A stretch of DNA of 64,000 bases, taken from IMG/VR virus record IMGVR_UViG_3300044972_001024; one strand, given 5' to 3'. A program made the translations under genes and the position numbers. This document shows positions 47,217 to 60,000 of this stretch, piece by piece (the stretch's first letter is position 1; each line of letters opens with the position of its first letter). The DNA comes from an uncultured virus (IMG/VR IMGVR_UViG_3300044972_001024). Its lineage: Duplodnaviria; Heunggongvirae; Uroviricota; Caudoviricetes. The notes below the pieces were generated by a model. That model searched no databases. It saw nothing but the letters and a program-made list of their open reading frames with translations, and had not been told where the DNA came from.

Positions 47217-48146
47217 TTAAGCTGGTGCTGTTACTGCTACGGTTGGAGTTCCCCAACTATTAGTAATATTAACAGTTGATGGAGGTCTTGCCACAGCAGT
47301 AACAGTTAAATTACCCGTCACAGTGTCGGCTGCTGTTCCGCTAGATACGTCTGTAAATATTACGCTGATAGTAACAATGTTTGAACTTACACTGAGATTC
47401 ATCGATAGATTATCACCAGTATATACTCCAGTATTGGAAAATTGTCGAAAATATGTAGTAGGAGTACCGGTTAAATTATAATATCCATTTCTTACATAAA
47501 TTGATGGGGCTGTTCCACCACCTCCGATTTTTGTAAATCCAGTGTAACTTGTACCCGCGATTGTCTGAGCAGTGCTAACTGCAGGTAATGCCAATGTGCC
47601 AATGTCAGTACATAACTGAGTCCATGCTAAATCTTGTGGGTTACCTGTTCCGGCGGATCTACTACAACTGATTCGTAATGTGCCGCCCGCATTAAAGAAA
47701 TATCTAGCGGTGTCGGTAGTAGAAAATGTAATAGTAATGGTACTAGTTACCACCGGTATTGAAACCGCAGTTCCCCAGTTGGCAGTTCTGGTTGCACTGG
47801 TCGTTATATCTGTTCCAACTGCCGCGGCATTTAATCTACCGTTATTAATGCTGGTCAAATTTGTACTTAACGCTGACAAATAAGCAATTGTATTTCCGGC
47901 TACTGGGGCGGTTATAGCAGTTATACTAGTACCTTGATGAGCCGCGGCGCTTGCCATGTTTGTTATCAAGGTGTTCCATGGATTGAATGATACTACGGTT
48001 CCAGCAGTGACTGTGCTTACAGCCGTCTGGCCCCAGCCGGAATTTCCAGATCCAATACTCCAAATATTATTAAAATTTGGAGATCCAGTGCTAACAAATC
48101 CGTTTAAGTCTGTTGATTGTATTAATCCGGCTGCTGAATAAGTCAT
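47217..48146 (-). CDS. Virion structural protein (tail-associated), paralog A
   Basis: Thr/Ser/Gly-rich beta protein, ARYFFNAGG motif, structural cluster. Confidence 0.65.
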   Translation of the reverse strand: MTYSAAGLIQSTDLNGFVSTGSPNFNNIWSIGSGNSGWGQTAVSTVTAGTVVSFNPWNTLITNMASAAAHQGTSITAITAPVAGNTIAYLSALSTNLTSINNGRLNAAAVGTDITTSATRTANWGTAVSIPVVTSTITITFSTTDTARYFFNAGGTLRISCSRSAGTGNPQDLAWTQLCTDIGTLALPAVSTAQTIAGTSYTGFTKIGGGGTAPSIYVRNGYYNLTGTPTTYFRQFSNTGVYTGDNLSMNLSVSSNIVTISVIFTDVSSGTAADTVTGNLTVTAVARPPSTVNITNSWGTPTVAVTAPA

Positions 48147-48166
48147 TTATCTAATGTTGTTCCTTA

Positions 48167-49087
48167 TTAGGCTGCAGCCGATACTGCTACAACCGGAGTT
48201 CCCCAACTATTAGTGATATAAGTAGTTGATGGAGGTCTTGCCACAGCAGTAACAGTTAAATTACCCGTTATATTTGTAGCATTGAGTGTGCCGTCATTGA
48301 ATGTCACTGTAATTGTCACCACACTTCCGCTTAAACTATATTCTATATCAATATTATCACTAGTATAGTAACTTCCCGCAAATTGTCTGAATAATATTTG
48401 TGGGGTAGATGTGAGATCATAAAAACCACTTCGTATGTAAATATCTGGAGTTTCTCCAGTACCGTTAAATTGTGTTAATCCTGTATATGATGCCGCGGCA
48501 ATCGATTGACTAGTACTTACTGCCGGTAATCCCAAAGTTCCTATATCGGTACACATTTGAGTCCATGTTAGATCCACTGCAGTACCATCTCCGCCAGTTC
48601 TACTACAACTAACAATAATAGTACCGCCCAAATTAAAGAAATATCTAGCCTGATCATATGATCCAAAAGTTACAGTTATTACACTACTTACTGTAGGTAT
48701 AGATGCATTTGTTCCCCAATCGGCGGTTCTTGTACCGCTATTAGTAATATCAGTTCCTACAGCCGCTGCATTTAATGAATTATTATAAACACTTGTTAAA
48801 CTTGATGATAACGTACTTTCGTATGAAATTTCGGCCATTGAAGTTGGAACGTCTATGGCAGTAATTGATGTTCCTTGATGTAATGCTGAATTATTAATAG
48901 CGTTTATTAGATTTGCCCAACTTAGCGCATATACCAATGAATTTTGAGCGACCGTGGATACTGCGGTCTGACCATATCCCAAACTTTCTGAACCAGTAGA
49001 CCAGAAACTATTTAAATTTGGAGACCCAGTACTAACAAACCCGTTAAAGTCTGTTGCCTGAATTCTTCCTCCCTGTTCGTAAGTCAT
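48167..49087 (-). CDS. Virion structural protein (tail-associated), paralog B
   Basis: Colinear paralog of the adjacent gene (ARYFFNLGG). Confidence 0.65.
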   Translation of the reverse strand: MTYEQGGRIQATDFNGFVSTGSPNLNSFWSTGSESLGYGQTAVSTVAQNSLVYALSWANLINAINNSALHQGTSITAIDVPTSMAEISYESTLSSSLTSVYNNSLNAAAVGTDITNSGTRTADWGTNASIPTVSSVITVTFGSYDQARYFFNLGGTIIVSCSRTGGDGTAVDLTWTQMCTDIGTLGLPAVSTSQSIAAASYTGLTQFNGTGETPDIYIRSGFYDLTSTPQILFRQFAGSYYTSDNIDIEYSLSGSVVTITVTFNDGTLNATNITGNLTVTAVARPPSTTYITNSWGTPVVAVSAAA

Positions 49088-49111
49088 TTATCTGCTCCGA
49101 GTATTTTTATA

Positions 49112-50236
49112 TTAAAGTTTAGCACTTACTGCGGCCAGAACTGTTCCTTCGCTGTTAGTTGTTTTATTTTCTAAACTACGACCTACTGTATTAAATGGTG
49201 TGGCTTCATTTTTCTTTGCTGCTCTTGCAAATCCTTGACCGGCACTAACTAATCTATCACCCTTTTTAATTATACCACGAACTTTTACTGGAACTCTTCC
49301 TGTCATTGCAATAATTGGATGAGTTGACGATGGACCCGCTGATCCGTTCATGATCATACCAGCCGATTCACTAACAACTCCAAATATAATATCACTTAAT
49401 TCATCACGAACGGCTGTAATTTCAGCGTCTCCGCCCAATTCCATTACAGTTCCGGCATCGTATTCGGCATCTGCCTCAAAACGTTCGCCTAAGTCAGCAT
49501 ATGTGGCATTTAACTGACTACCAGCTGTTAGTGTCCAATTACCAGTAATGTTGCCACCCGTTATATTTGATCCAGTGGTAATATTATCAGTAGTGAATGT
49601 TCCATTTGAAAAATTCATACTACTACCATTTGTTATCGACCAGGCTCCAGCCATAATTCCGACTGTTACATTTGACCCAGTGGTAATATTATCAGTAGTT
49701 AATGTTCCATCTGAAAAATTCATACTACTACCATTTGTTAACGACCAGCCACCTGTCAAAGCTCCAGCCGTTATATTTGATCCAGTAGTAATATTATCAG
49801 TGATGAATGTTCCATTTGAAAAATTCATAGTACTACCAGTTGTTAACGACCATAATCCGGTGATATTTCCAGGAATAGATGCACCACCAGTAGTTATATC
49901 AGTAACCGTTAACTCTCCGGTTATGATCAAATTACCAAAAGATACGTTGGCTGATCCGGTAGTTACTAAAGTTTCCCAATTAGGAGTGGATGTTGAACTG
50001 ATATTAACGTTAAATGTAACAGAATCAGAATCAAACCATGTTTGACCAGGAATAGGATTAGCCGGTCCTGTTACTGGATAGCTAGCAAAATTTTCTAATA
50101 GAGATACTTGATTCTGATCTACTGGTTGGCCATACCCTGCATAGTTTCTACCAGGCAAGGAAAGACTTGTCTGAGTGTTAAGTGTAGTGTCAATGACAGT
50201 TATTGTGCCAATTGAATATGTTAGAGTATATGCCAT
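49112..50236 (-). CDS. Tail/baseplate fibre-like protein with 35-aa repeats and C-terminal chaperone-like domain
   Basis: LPGRNYAGYG...LLENFA N-domain; ITTGSN repeats; YADLGERFEAD...GRVPVKV..GDRLV. Confidence 0.7.
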   Translation of the reverse strand: MAYTLTYSIGTITVIDTTLNTQTSLSLPGRNYAGYGQPVDQNQVSLLENFASYPVTGPANPIPGQTWFDSDSVTFNVNISSTSTPNWETLVTTGSANVSFGNLIITGELTVTDITTGGASIPGNITGLWSLTTGSTMNFSNGTFITDNITTGSNITAGALTGGWSLTNGSSMNFSDGTLTTDNITTGSNVTVGIMAGAWSITNGSSMNFSNGTFTTDNITTGSNITGGNITGNWTLTAGSQLNATYADLGERFEADAEYDAGTVMELGGDAEITAVRDELSDIIFGVVSESAGMIMNGSAGPSSTHPIIAMTGRVPVKVRGIIKKGDRLVSAGQGFARAAKKNEATPFNTVGRSLENKTTNSEGTVLAAVSAKL

Positions 50237-50276
50237 GATTTAATTAATCCTTTGAGTTCTGATATCTTTATTTATC

Positions 50277-50894
50277 TTAAATTGTAACCAAATTAGTCAG
50301 CGTTTGAATTCTGACCGTGTAATCGATTTGAATTTGACGATTTAATGATTTTTGTATTGGGGCAAAGACAACATGTGTCAATAATCTAGTAATAACATTG
50401 CCATCACCATCTAAACCATAATTAGCTAACAAACCCAATTCGTCAAATGTATATGTACTATCCGTATCTGTACCATTATCAAATGCAGCCTGACCACTTG
50501 GCTCACCATAATCTAATAAACATTGTACTAAAATATCAGTATAAAGTTCACCTACTATGTGATTTACAGTCATATTGTTTCTGGTTGGATCATTGTTTGA
50601 AATTAATGTATCATCAACAATTTTAGCGTATGTTTGATTATATAACGCAGCATTTTGACCAGTAGTATTGGGCGGTAGATATGTAATCAATCCAGTTGAG
50701 TCAATACTAGCAGCTCCGTTACCAAATGCCATTTGATAAATTGTACCTCTGCCACGATCAGCCAACGTATACGCCATGGCTTCTGACATTGTTTCGTAAT
50801 TTATTGCATTGTGATCGTCAAAAAATACTTCTCCAGATTTGGGATCATGTATTTTAAGAAAACCTTCAATTTCGAATGTAATATTTGTTTTCAT
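50277..50894 (-). CDS. Virion structural protein (baseplate/tail)
   Basis: MAFGNG, FDELGL, LLTHVVFAPIQKS..IDYTVRI; structural context. Confidence 0.65.
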   Translation of the reverse strand: MKTNITFEIEGFLKIHDPKSGEVFFDDHNAINYETMSEAMAYTLADRGRGTIYQMAFGNGAASIDSTGLITYLPPNTTGQNAALYNQTYAKIVDDTLISNNDPTRNNMTVNHIVGELYTDILVQCLLDYGEPSGQAAFDNGTDTDSTYTFDELGLLANYGLDGDGNVITRLLTHVVFAPIQKSLNRQIQIDYTVRIQTLTNLVTI

Positions 50895-50905
50895 AGTGAT
50901 ATCCG

Positions 50906-51073
50906 TTAATCGCATCTCATATGAAGTATTACTTTTCCAGTATTAGGATCAGTAATCTTCATTGAACTACTAAAGTGAAACCCTACTTGTTCGTTTGGTT
51001 TCTTAGTTGGTGAACTTTGTCTCTTATTCGAACTATGTTCGTCACTTATTTTAGATGCATTATTTGTGTTCAT
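50906..51073 (-). CDS. Small hypothetical protein
   Basis: C-terminus (KITDPNTGKV) echoes the N-terminus of the next gene (KIHDPKSGEV). Confidence 0.6.
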   Translation of the reverse strand: MNTNNASKISDEHSSNKRQSSPTKKPNEQVGFHFSSSMKITDPNTGKVILHMRCD

Positions 51074-51084
51074 GTTATATTTAG

Positions 51085-54000
51085 TCATGGCGCCGTTACT
51101 CTACGTAAGAAAAGTGCCGGGACTGTATTACTTTGACTTAAAGTTTGACTTACCGGTCCACTAATGTCATATTCATACCACCATTGATAGTAATATTCTT
51201 CAGGCAATTGATCTCTATTTAATACACTTTGAATTACTGTACCAGATTCAATTAATTGATTGGTAATTGAACCATTTCTACCACGTAATAGACCAGAAAC
51301 AGTATTAGTTGTCAAATCAATATTAGTAAATTGAATATATTCACTGTTGATCAACAACATATTACCTTCACTGATTGTAATCTCTACTAGTGTTGGACTA
51401 GTAATACCATTAATAGTTATCTTAATGTCATTATAATTAACATATTCAAGCGTAAACGTATTTGGTATACTTAATATTGGATAGGAAGTCATATATCGAG
51501 CAACGTTTAATATATATGCCACACCATCACTATCAGTAGTTACTATTTCTTGTAACGTACTTACTAATTTACTAGCATCGTTAACATGTAATACATCGCT
51601 TATACTATTAGTACTGACAAAATCTTGTGTCAAATATGTTTGAGTATATGGATTGGTATTATAAACTGAAGTGACATATTCATATGTTACATATGGATAT
51701 GTATTGGGATTATAAACTGAATTCTGACCAAATTGATCAACTTGAATTCTAAAATTCAAATAATTTCCTGGGCCTAATGTATCTGGATTTGTAGTAACAT
51801 TAAATTGTAAGAAATCAGTTACCAGACCAGGAATCAATTCTTCTGGTCCATATCCTTCATTGAATGATCCACCCTGAACATCATATGTAGTTGGGTTAGT
51901 CAATTGATTATAGTTAAAATCAGGAGATTGAAGATTTGTATCAAGTTCGGCCGTTGAATTAACATCATATGATGAATATTCAAAATTAACAGAATCATAC
52001 AACTGACCGTCATTATAATTAAATGGGGCGCCAATTGTAGTAGCATTTGGATAAACCACACCACTCATTAACTGTCTAAGATCACGTCCAGTCATGTTGG
52101 CAGTTGGCTCATAAAAGGCAGCAATTCTATCGGCCGCGTTCAATATTGAATTATTACTGTAAATTTGTTCCCACTTATCATAATCAAATATTGTATCATT
52201 ATTACTAACTATACATTGATATAATTTTCCAGCATATGTTACTAAACTTTTACTAAATGTAAATGGCTCTTCTAAAAATAATACATCATTTGAGGTATAA
52301 TTAAAGTTGGCAATTTTCACTGGAAAGTTAAATAATGGATCATAATATATTTCTACTAATGTCGTAGTCATAACTTTGACATAGTAACTAATCGGATTAG
52401 TCCATTCAGTAGAACTCACTTCATAAGCAATAATCTTCTGCCCATTCAATTGTCCAGGAGTTACGGGTGTATACCCATAATTTAATTCTACAAGTACTGC
52501 ACCATCATATGCATATGAGTTTCTCACTTGTACTATCGGAAATGATGCACCTTGAGCTGATGCTAATAAATCAGCGTCCCAATTTGTTCCAGTCCATGAC
52601 AAATATTCCCATGGACTACTTGATGATGTTAACAATGTTGAACTTGCAAGTTTACCAATATCAGTAAATTCTCCTGCATAAATTTGCCCACTATTCCATT
52701 CAGTGATTAAACTACCATAACTTGTTCTATCAAATTTAATAGTAGTCATTAATTCTCTAACTGGCTGACTTGAGGTTAATATTGCTGCTCTGGCAGTAAC
52801 CGCTAATGTATTTTCAGATCCAGAACCTTGTGTTTCTAATGAAACTCGTTCATAATCCATCAAACTAGTTTTGTCAATGTTATAAGCACCCTTAACTGAA
52901 TAATAAAGAGCAATAGTATTAACATCAATTACTCTAACATAATAGTAATTGTTATTGATCAAACCTGTTGGAGATACTGTATTCAATCCAATTGTATACT
53001 TAATTGAATCACCAGTAATAAAACTATGATTTATTATAGTGATAGTATTAAATACCGTATTAACGTCAGTACTGACAAATGTAGAGAATATTGAACTACT
53101 TTCAATTTCAATTATTGGTTGAGTAGCATAACCTGAACCTGAATTAATTACCTGAACTCCCAACAATGATTCATTTATCATAATCGGAACTAACTGAGCA
53201 ACAGTTCTTGGATTTGGATAATTACTATTATTGATTACAGTAATTACTGGTGGTTCTGAATATCCGCGAGCTTTATCTAATACAATTACAGCTGGCAATA
53301 TGGCACTAACTGTTGCATTTGGCATATGATCAGTTGGAGTTGAGTCAATACCACGTTGAATATCTGTCAATATATTTTGTAACTTATCGACATTACTATA
53401 AGAAATTTTCTCATCACCAATATATATAAATCCAGCATCAGGCATTCCATATGTATTTTTAACCGGAATAATTGTGGAACTTGAAGTAATATAGGCCGAT
53501 AATGATGTTAGATTATAAAGTCCGCGTTCATTAGTAATATTCAAACCATAATTTTCAAACCACTGTGTATATTCTGGATCTTGCCATACTGTACTAGTAG
53601 GTAAATATTCTGGGGAATATAAATTTGGTGTAGTATATACTAATTGTGGAGTTTCAAATTGTCCTATACTTGGTACATATTTTGCAGGTAAATCAAAGTC
53701 AGTTACATCTCCTAAGAATGTATCTTGTCCAGGATATACAAATAAGAAATCTTTAATCTTAACATGAAATGGCTTGATCTCATTCAAATATCCGCTTAAG
53801 AATTCTTGATTATCTCTTTGAAATTTCTTGTATGGTAACAATTCACGAACAGTATGAGTAACATCAATCAAACTTGTTTTATTAAGCCATGTTAGATAAT
53901 TTTGTTGTTCTAGTGATTCACTTTGAATATAATTAAACATTAATATCAAACTATTATTACGTTCAATCAACAAATCTTCTATATAAGCCTCTTCATTCAA

Positions 54001-57000
54001 CCAACGAATGATCCAATAAGTTTCTTCATATACTGTATCATCATATAATCCAATATCAAATCCACCAATATCCCAATTAACTGGAGTATTATACAATGAA
54101 TCTGATAATTGAATTGTTCCGTTTTGTAAACCAATTCTATCCCATCCAGTAGCCTCATACCAGGTCCACACTTCGCTATTACCCTGTGAATTGGCTTTTA
54201 CTTTGACAATAATTCCATCTTTTAATCCAATAACAATTTGTTCTGTTCCTGGAAGTATTTGATTTGGCTGAAGTGTTTGTAGATCAGTAACTGTGTTTAC
54301 TTCTAATACAATTTTTGTACTACTACTATATCCAGTGGCCCACCAATCAGTATATGTCCAATAATCTCTTGTATCATATCCAACTCCAACTTTGTTTAAG
54401 AAATATAAACTACGAGTTTCGGCAATAGGGAATTTAATTAGAACTTGATTGGCATAGTTAACATAATTTTGTAAAGCCAATGGGCGATCTATAAACATAC
54501 TTTGTGAATAATCAATACCATAACGAGTCAAAATTGGCAACTTTGAATTTGGTATATATAGTCCAAGACGATTTTGTCCAGCAAAACTATCTAGATATTT
54601 TGCATATAATCCAATTGGATCTTGTTGACTTTCTGTTGGAAATCCAGTTAAGAAATCAGTTGCATTATTTTCTTGAATCAATGTCCAACTTTCATGTTTT
54701 TGATCTAATGTGTTACCAATACGATAACCAATATGTAAAGCACTAGATGAAGAATTGATACTACTTTCACAATTAAATAATCCAACAATGTTAGTAGTAA
54801 TTGCTGCCAAGAAACTAATTCCACTATTAAGTGGGTTAAGTATATATTGACTTAAAGTCAACGGACTTAATGTTTTTCCTGGAGGTATAATATTATAATT
54901 CTTAACCCAGAAGAAATAATCAACAACAATTGCATTGGTTGAGCGATCTAAACTTTGAATCGTAGTATAACTATTAAAATCAACTACATATCCACTACCA
55001 TTATATTGAATTGGAGGAAATGAACTACCTACCCAAGTGTATATGTCGGCCGTACTTCCTGGAAATGCCTTACCCCAATTACTAGCGTTATATGTAGCAC
55101 TTGGTTGATTATAATTCAACATTCGAATACTTGTTGTATCAAGCCACGTAGAACCAATATGTTCAAAACTCCACACGATTCCATCAGAATATGTGGCTGG
55201 ATCAGTTGAACTTATATAATCTAAGTTTGTTTCAACTGCACCTAATAATTTTCCTTGTATTGGATCAATATAATCTAGATAATCTAATGTATTATTACTA
55301 ATAGTATCATAGATAGAAATATTATTTAATCGTTCAACAGAGACCATTGGTAATGGTTTCTTATCTATATACCAACTACTAGTTTGACAATAATTAACAT
55401 ATCCAAAAATTCTTCCAGTACCAGTACTGTACCAATTTGGAGCACCCACAACTATTACACCATCATTATCAACTACACTGGTTCCAAATTTTGGAGTGTT
55501 TGCTATTCCAGTTCTATCTATACTTTGAATATATTGACCAAATACATATTTTCCAGGATTTATAATACTTTCATCAGCCGCCGGTAGATAATCAAATTCA
55601 TATACTACACCAGTGTTTGCAAATGTGTCAATAAATGCTGTAGCTCCATGATCAAAAATAGTAAAATTATTAATTGATATAATAGGATTACAGACTGTTG
55701 GGTCAACTGTATTATAATCAAATGTTGTTTCAGCATATACTGTAGCAGTTGGGTCACTGACTACCAAACTGTCGCGAGTTCCCATAGATACTACAGTTCC
55801 AAAACTTCCAATTGTTGGTAAATTTGGATTAACCATTACTTGTGTATTAACATACAATGTTAATCCCAAATCAGCAAGATTAGATTCTGGTCCAGTAATA
55901 TCAATAATATTATTAATAGTTTCTACTGTATTGTTTATAACCCCAATTTGAAGTATATTACCACTAGCGGCAGCTATAATATTGGTTGGAGTTTGAGTAT
56001 TAATCGATTGAGCTATTTCACTAGCAGTTCCAGAATAACTTACTTTAAATCCATCAATGAAAAAATATCCACTAACTAACCCACTAACTGATCCAACTAT
56101 AGATCCATATTGTTGTCCGCCATTAGTAAAACGATAGACTGCGCCCTGTACGTTTGATACATTGTTTACAGTCTGTAATTCACTTGGACATCCAATTACT
56201 AGTTGAGCACCATATTTGTTAGTAGATACACTAGTACCAAAATTACCACCAACTATTGGATTACTACTCAATAATTTAGTAACGAGATTCATTTCACCAT
56301 AACTTACTTCAATAATACTACCATAGACTGGTATTATATTAAATATAATTCTGCCATCGGAATAGACAATTACATCACTAGTTAATACATCATCAATTAA
56401 TACATCAGCTATAGAATTAGGAATAGTTTCATTAACTGTATAGGTATCACTGATTCCATTAGCCATGAATCTTTGTACACTTCTAGTATATATATAAACA
56501 GCGCCAGATGCAGTCAATTGAGTTGATTCACTAGTTACTAAACTTTCTAATGGGGCACCTACAATTAATTTAACTCCATCTATACTAGTAGCGATTGAGG
56601 TTCCAAATCCGATTGCCGTACTTGGACCAGTAATAGTACTAACATAATCATAATTACCATTGGACATCAATGCCCAAACCGCTATTGTTTTATTAGTAAC
56701 GTTTGAAATATATAACCACTGTCTATCTTCACTAACTGTTATTTGTCCAGTAGTTTCTTGACTAATAGTCGTATATAAAGTAATATATTTACTTGGATAA
56801 ATTACTAGATATACATAAACAAGATTATTAAGTTCATCACTAACATACAAATAATCACCTACTGCAACCATTGCTGTACCAAATGTTGAATTGGTCTGAG
56901 ATATAGTTTGAGTTATTGATTGACTAGTAGTACTGTCAGTATAATAACGATAGATTGTTCCATCAATTGCACTAGCACCGACATATCCTATTTCTGTACT

Positions 57001-60000
57001 GTAAGCGACACTACTACCAAAATCTTGTAAATTTAATTCAGAAGAATCAATATTAATCTCAGTAAAGTTTGGACCACATGACCATACAGCCCATTGATTG
57101 TCTACATCTCTATCAATCCAAGATTTTTTATTATAGTATTCACTATTAAATACTGTACTGTATACTTGATCACTTGCTTGAGTAAATCTTCTAGATACTA
57201 ATTTAAAAGCTAAACCATTACCTTGTAATTGTAATACGGCAGTATCTAATACTTTTGCAATAATTACACTGGTTAATGAATTCACTGCTAAAACTTCGTA
57301 ATAACCATTTATTCTGGAGTCAAAATTAACAATAGCGATTGGATCATATTTTGCCAAATTTGGATTTTTTCCAAAGTTAACAGTAATTGTATTATTTAAA
57401 TTATTAATAATACTTATTACTTGTGTATTGACTGTTTGTGGAGTAAATACATTCCAACTTCCACGATATTTGGCAATCCAAATATTATCATTACGATACA
57501 ATGTATCTATGTTAGTTGTGTCAAATGTATTGTTTAAATCAGTAAGTTCAAAGGCTTTAAATTTTACATCATTTAGATTGACATATCCGGCGCTGGGTAA
57601 ACCACGCTCATATGAATAAACATCATTAAATGGCGGTAAGAAATTTGCAGAAATTGGTGGCATATTCCAGTTAATGATTTCATTCATCATTACTGTTTGT
57701 TGAACACCGCTTACAGACCCATTATCTGAGAATCCCAATAGTGTTGGATTACCAGTTAATTCATTCTGAATCAATAAACATTCAACAAAATTACTGTTAG
57801 ATACACTACCAAATACACTAGTTTTAACTGCCCAATTTTCTTTTACATTATAATCAATTTTACCTTGAGCCAAATTTGCACTCTTAAAAGCATTTGCTAT
57901 TAAGTTGGTTCCTTTTTCTTTAATGATGTTTTTATAAACACCAATTTGAGTAATATCGCTTAATTCTGCATCAGCGAGATATTGTCTTGGTCTATAACCG
58001 ATTAGACTAAATGATAATAGATCGGCATCTAGTTCAAAGTTTGCTCTAGTACTGTCATAATAATACAAACTTTCATATGCATTAGTGCTAGGATTAGGTA
58101 ATAATCCAGTTTTAATTTTATCGTATGTTGTTTGAGTCCATTGTTCATCAAAGAATTCTGATTGTGGTTGAATCAATTGATTAGCAACCCAATATTTATT
58201 TTTATAAGTTACAATTTTTCCACTGGCATACTTAATGTTTGGTAACCATTCTTGAATATTATCTTCATTAATAATAAATCCGCTGGCATTAACATAACCA
58301 TTCCATTCACCAGATTTGTAACCCTGTAATAATAATCTTTGTTGACGTAATCCAGTAACTAAATCATAAATTGTATCATTGAATACGGTATAATTATCAA
58401 ACACCACTGCATGTTCCATACTAGATAAATTAAGATTTGTAAGAGCAATACTATCCCCATCAGTTAATACACCAACAGTAAAACTTTCATTTTCTCTTAC
58501 AATACTAGCATTTTGACTTTGTAATGGTATTAGATTTTGATTTAAAATAAAATTATCTTGTTGAATTGTCAATGGCTGAACCACTAATCCAGGTCTATTA
58601 ACAGTAGCAATTTTAGCAGATGGATTTAAATTAATAGTACTACCAACTTCCCAACTTTGTTCTGCCCAATGCAAAAACTCACGAATCATTTGATCCCAAT
58701 TATATGTAATAGTATCAATTACATAACCAAAAATCATACCTTGATCTACTAGATATTGACCATATGCTTTAAGAAATTCACTAACTCCCTGAACAGTATA
58801 ATATAAATTACCATATGGAATTGTAGTGATTTTGTCTGTATAAAATTCATTATTAACTGTAACTGAAAGATTATTCACCGTTAATGTTTGTGTAAATCCG
58901 GCCTTGGGCACAGCCATATTAAAAAATGGATCACTTTGACTATTACCCCAAACTGTATAACCATCACTAGTACGTTGTACAATAACTGAACTATATACAA
59001 TTTTATCTTCTGATACATTGTCGTACAACAAGACGCTATAACTATTGTCAGGAATTAATAATGTTGTATTTTGAGTATTTGGTGTTGATTTTTCAATCAA
59101 AAATTTCAAGTAATTTTTACTACTAAATCCAGCTAGATTATATGTTAATCTGACATCTAGATTTTTTAATGTAGTAGTAACTTCAGTTGTACCATCAACA
59201 CCACGTTGATTAATGTAATCAACTACCCAATTGATATAACTAGCTTTACTTACACCATTGCCATATACTATAATATCTTGTGGATTTAAATGATAACGAT
59301 CATTATACAAATATTGATTGAATTCAGTATTATATTTGTACAAGTCACGATCAACATTTAAGTTAAAGAATTTTGCTGGTTTAGTTAATGCCAATATACG
59401 CATTAAATCAAATGGATATGAACTACTACGTAGATATGAAGTTTCAGCCGGTCCTTGATCGCCAACAATCCAATTACGATCAAATGTAAATGAATCATAG
59501 TTACCAACTACAGTTGGTAATGGTGATTGTAATGTTCCGGCCGAATTTACTGGCAATACTCTTAATAATTCTGGTCTAACTTTCAATGGATTAATATAAC
59601 TATCACCATTGTTCCATACATAACCTTCACTAATTTCTTGCCACATATATGTATTATCACTAGTATATGGGGCGGCACCATATCTATCAGTCCACCAACT
59701 TGGTTCACTGGTCAATCCTAACATTTCCCATGGGGCATCTGCTGGATTACTAGTATCATAGAACCAATTATATACACCTCTCCAATAACCTTGTTTTAAT
59801 ATTTCACTGTTAAGTATGTTTGTACTTTGATTGTAGTTATATGAAAACTGATTTGATCTATTATATTGTTGTGTTTTATAATCAATACGATTTAAACCAA
59901 CCCATTTTAAGAAATTGGTTCTATATATATCTAAAATTTCACTCTGTGAATATTCAGTGGTTCTAAATTGTCCTGGAATAACTTCATCAGCTGGTAATGG

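Noticed and set aside
49548..50045. 165-aa plus-strand ORF
   Set aside because: Antisense shadow of the 105-bp repeats
47217..50236. Diversity-generating retroelement TR/VR pair
   Set aside because: Repeats lie inside paralogous genes, differences are not adenine-specific, and no reverse transcriptase is present in the window
52467..57619. Short plus-strand ORFs within the giant gene
   Set aside because: Antisense, no recognisable motifs or expression signals
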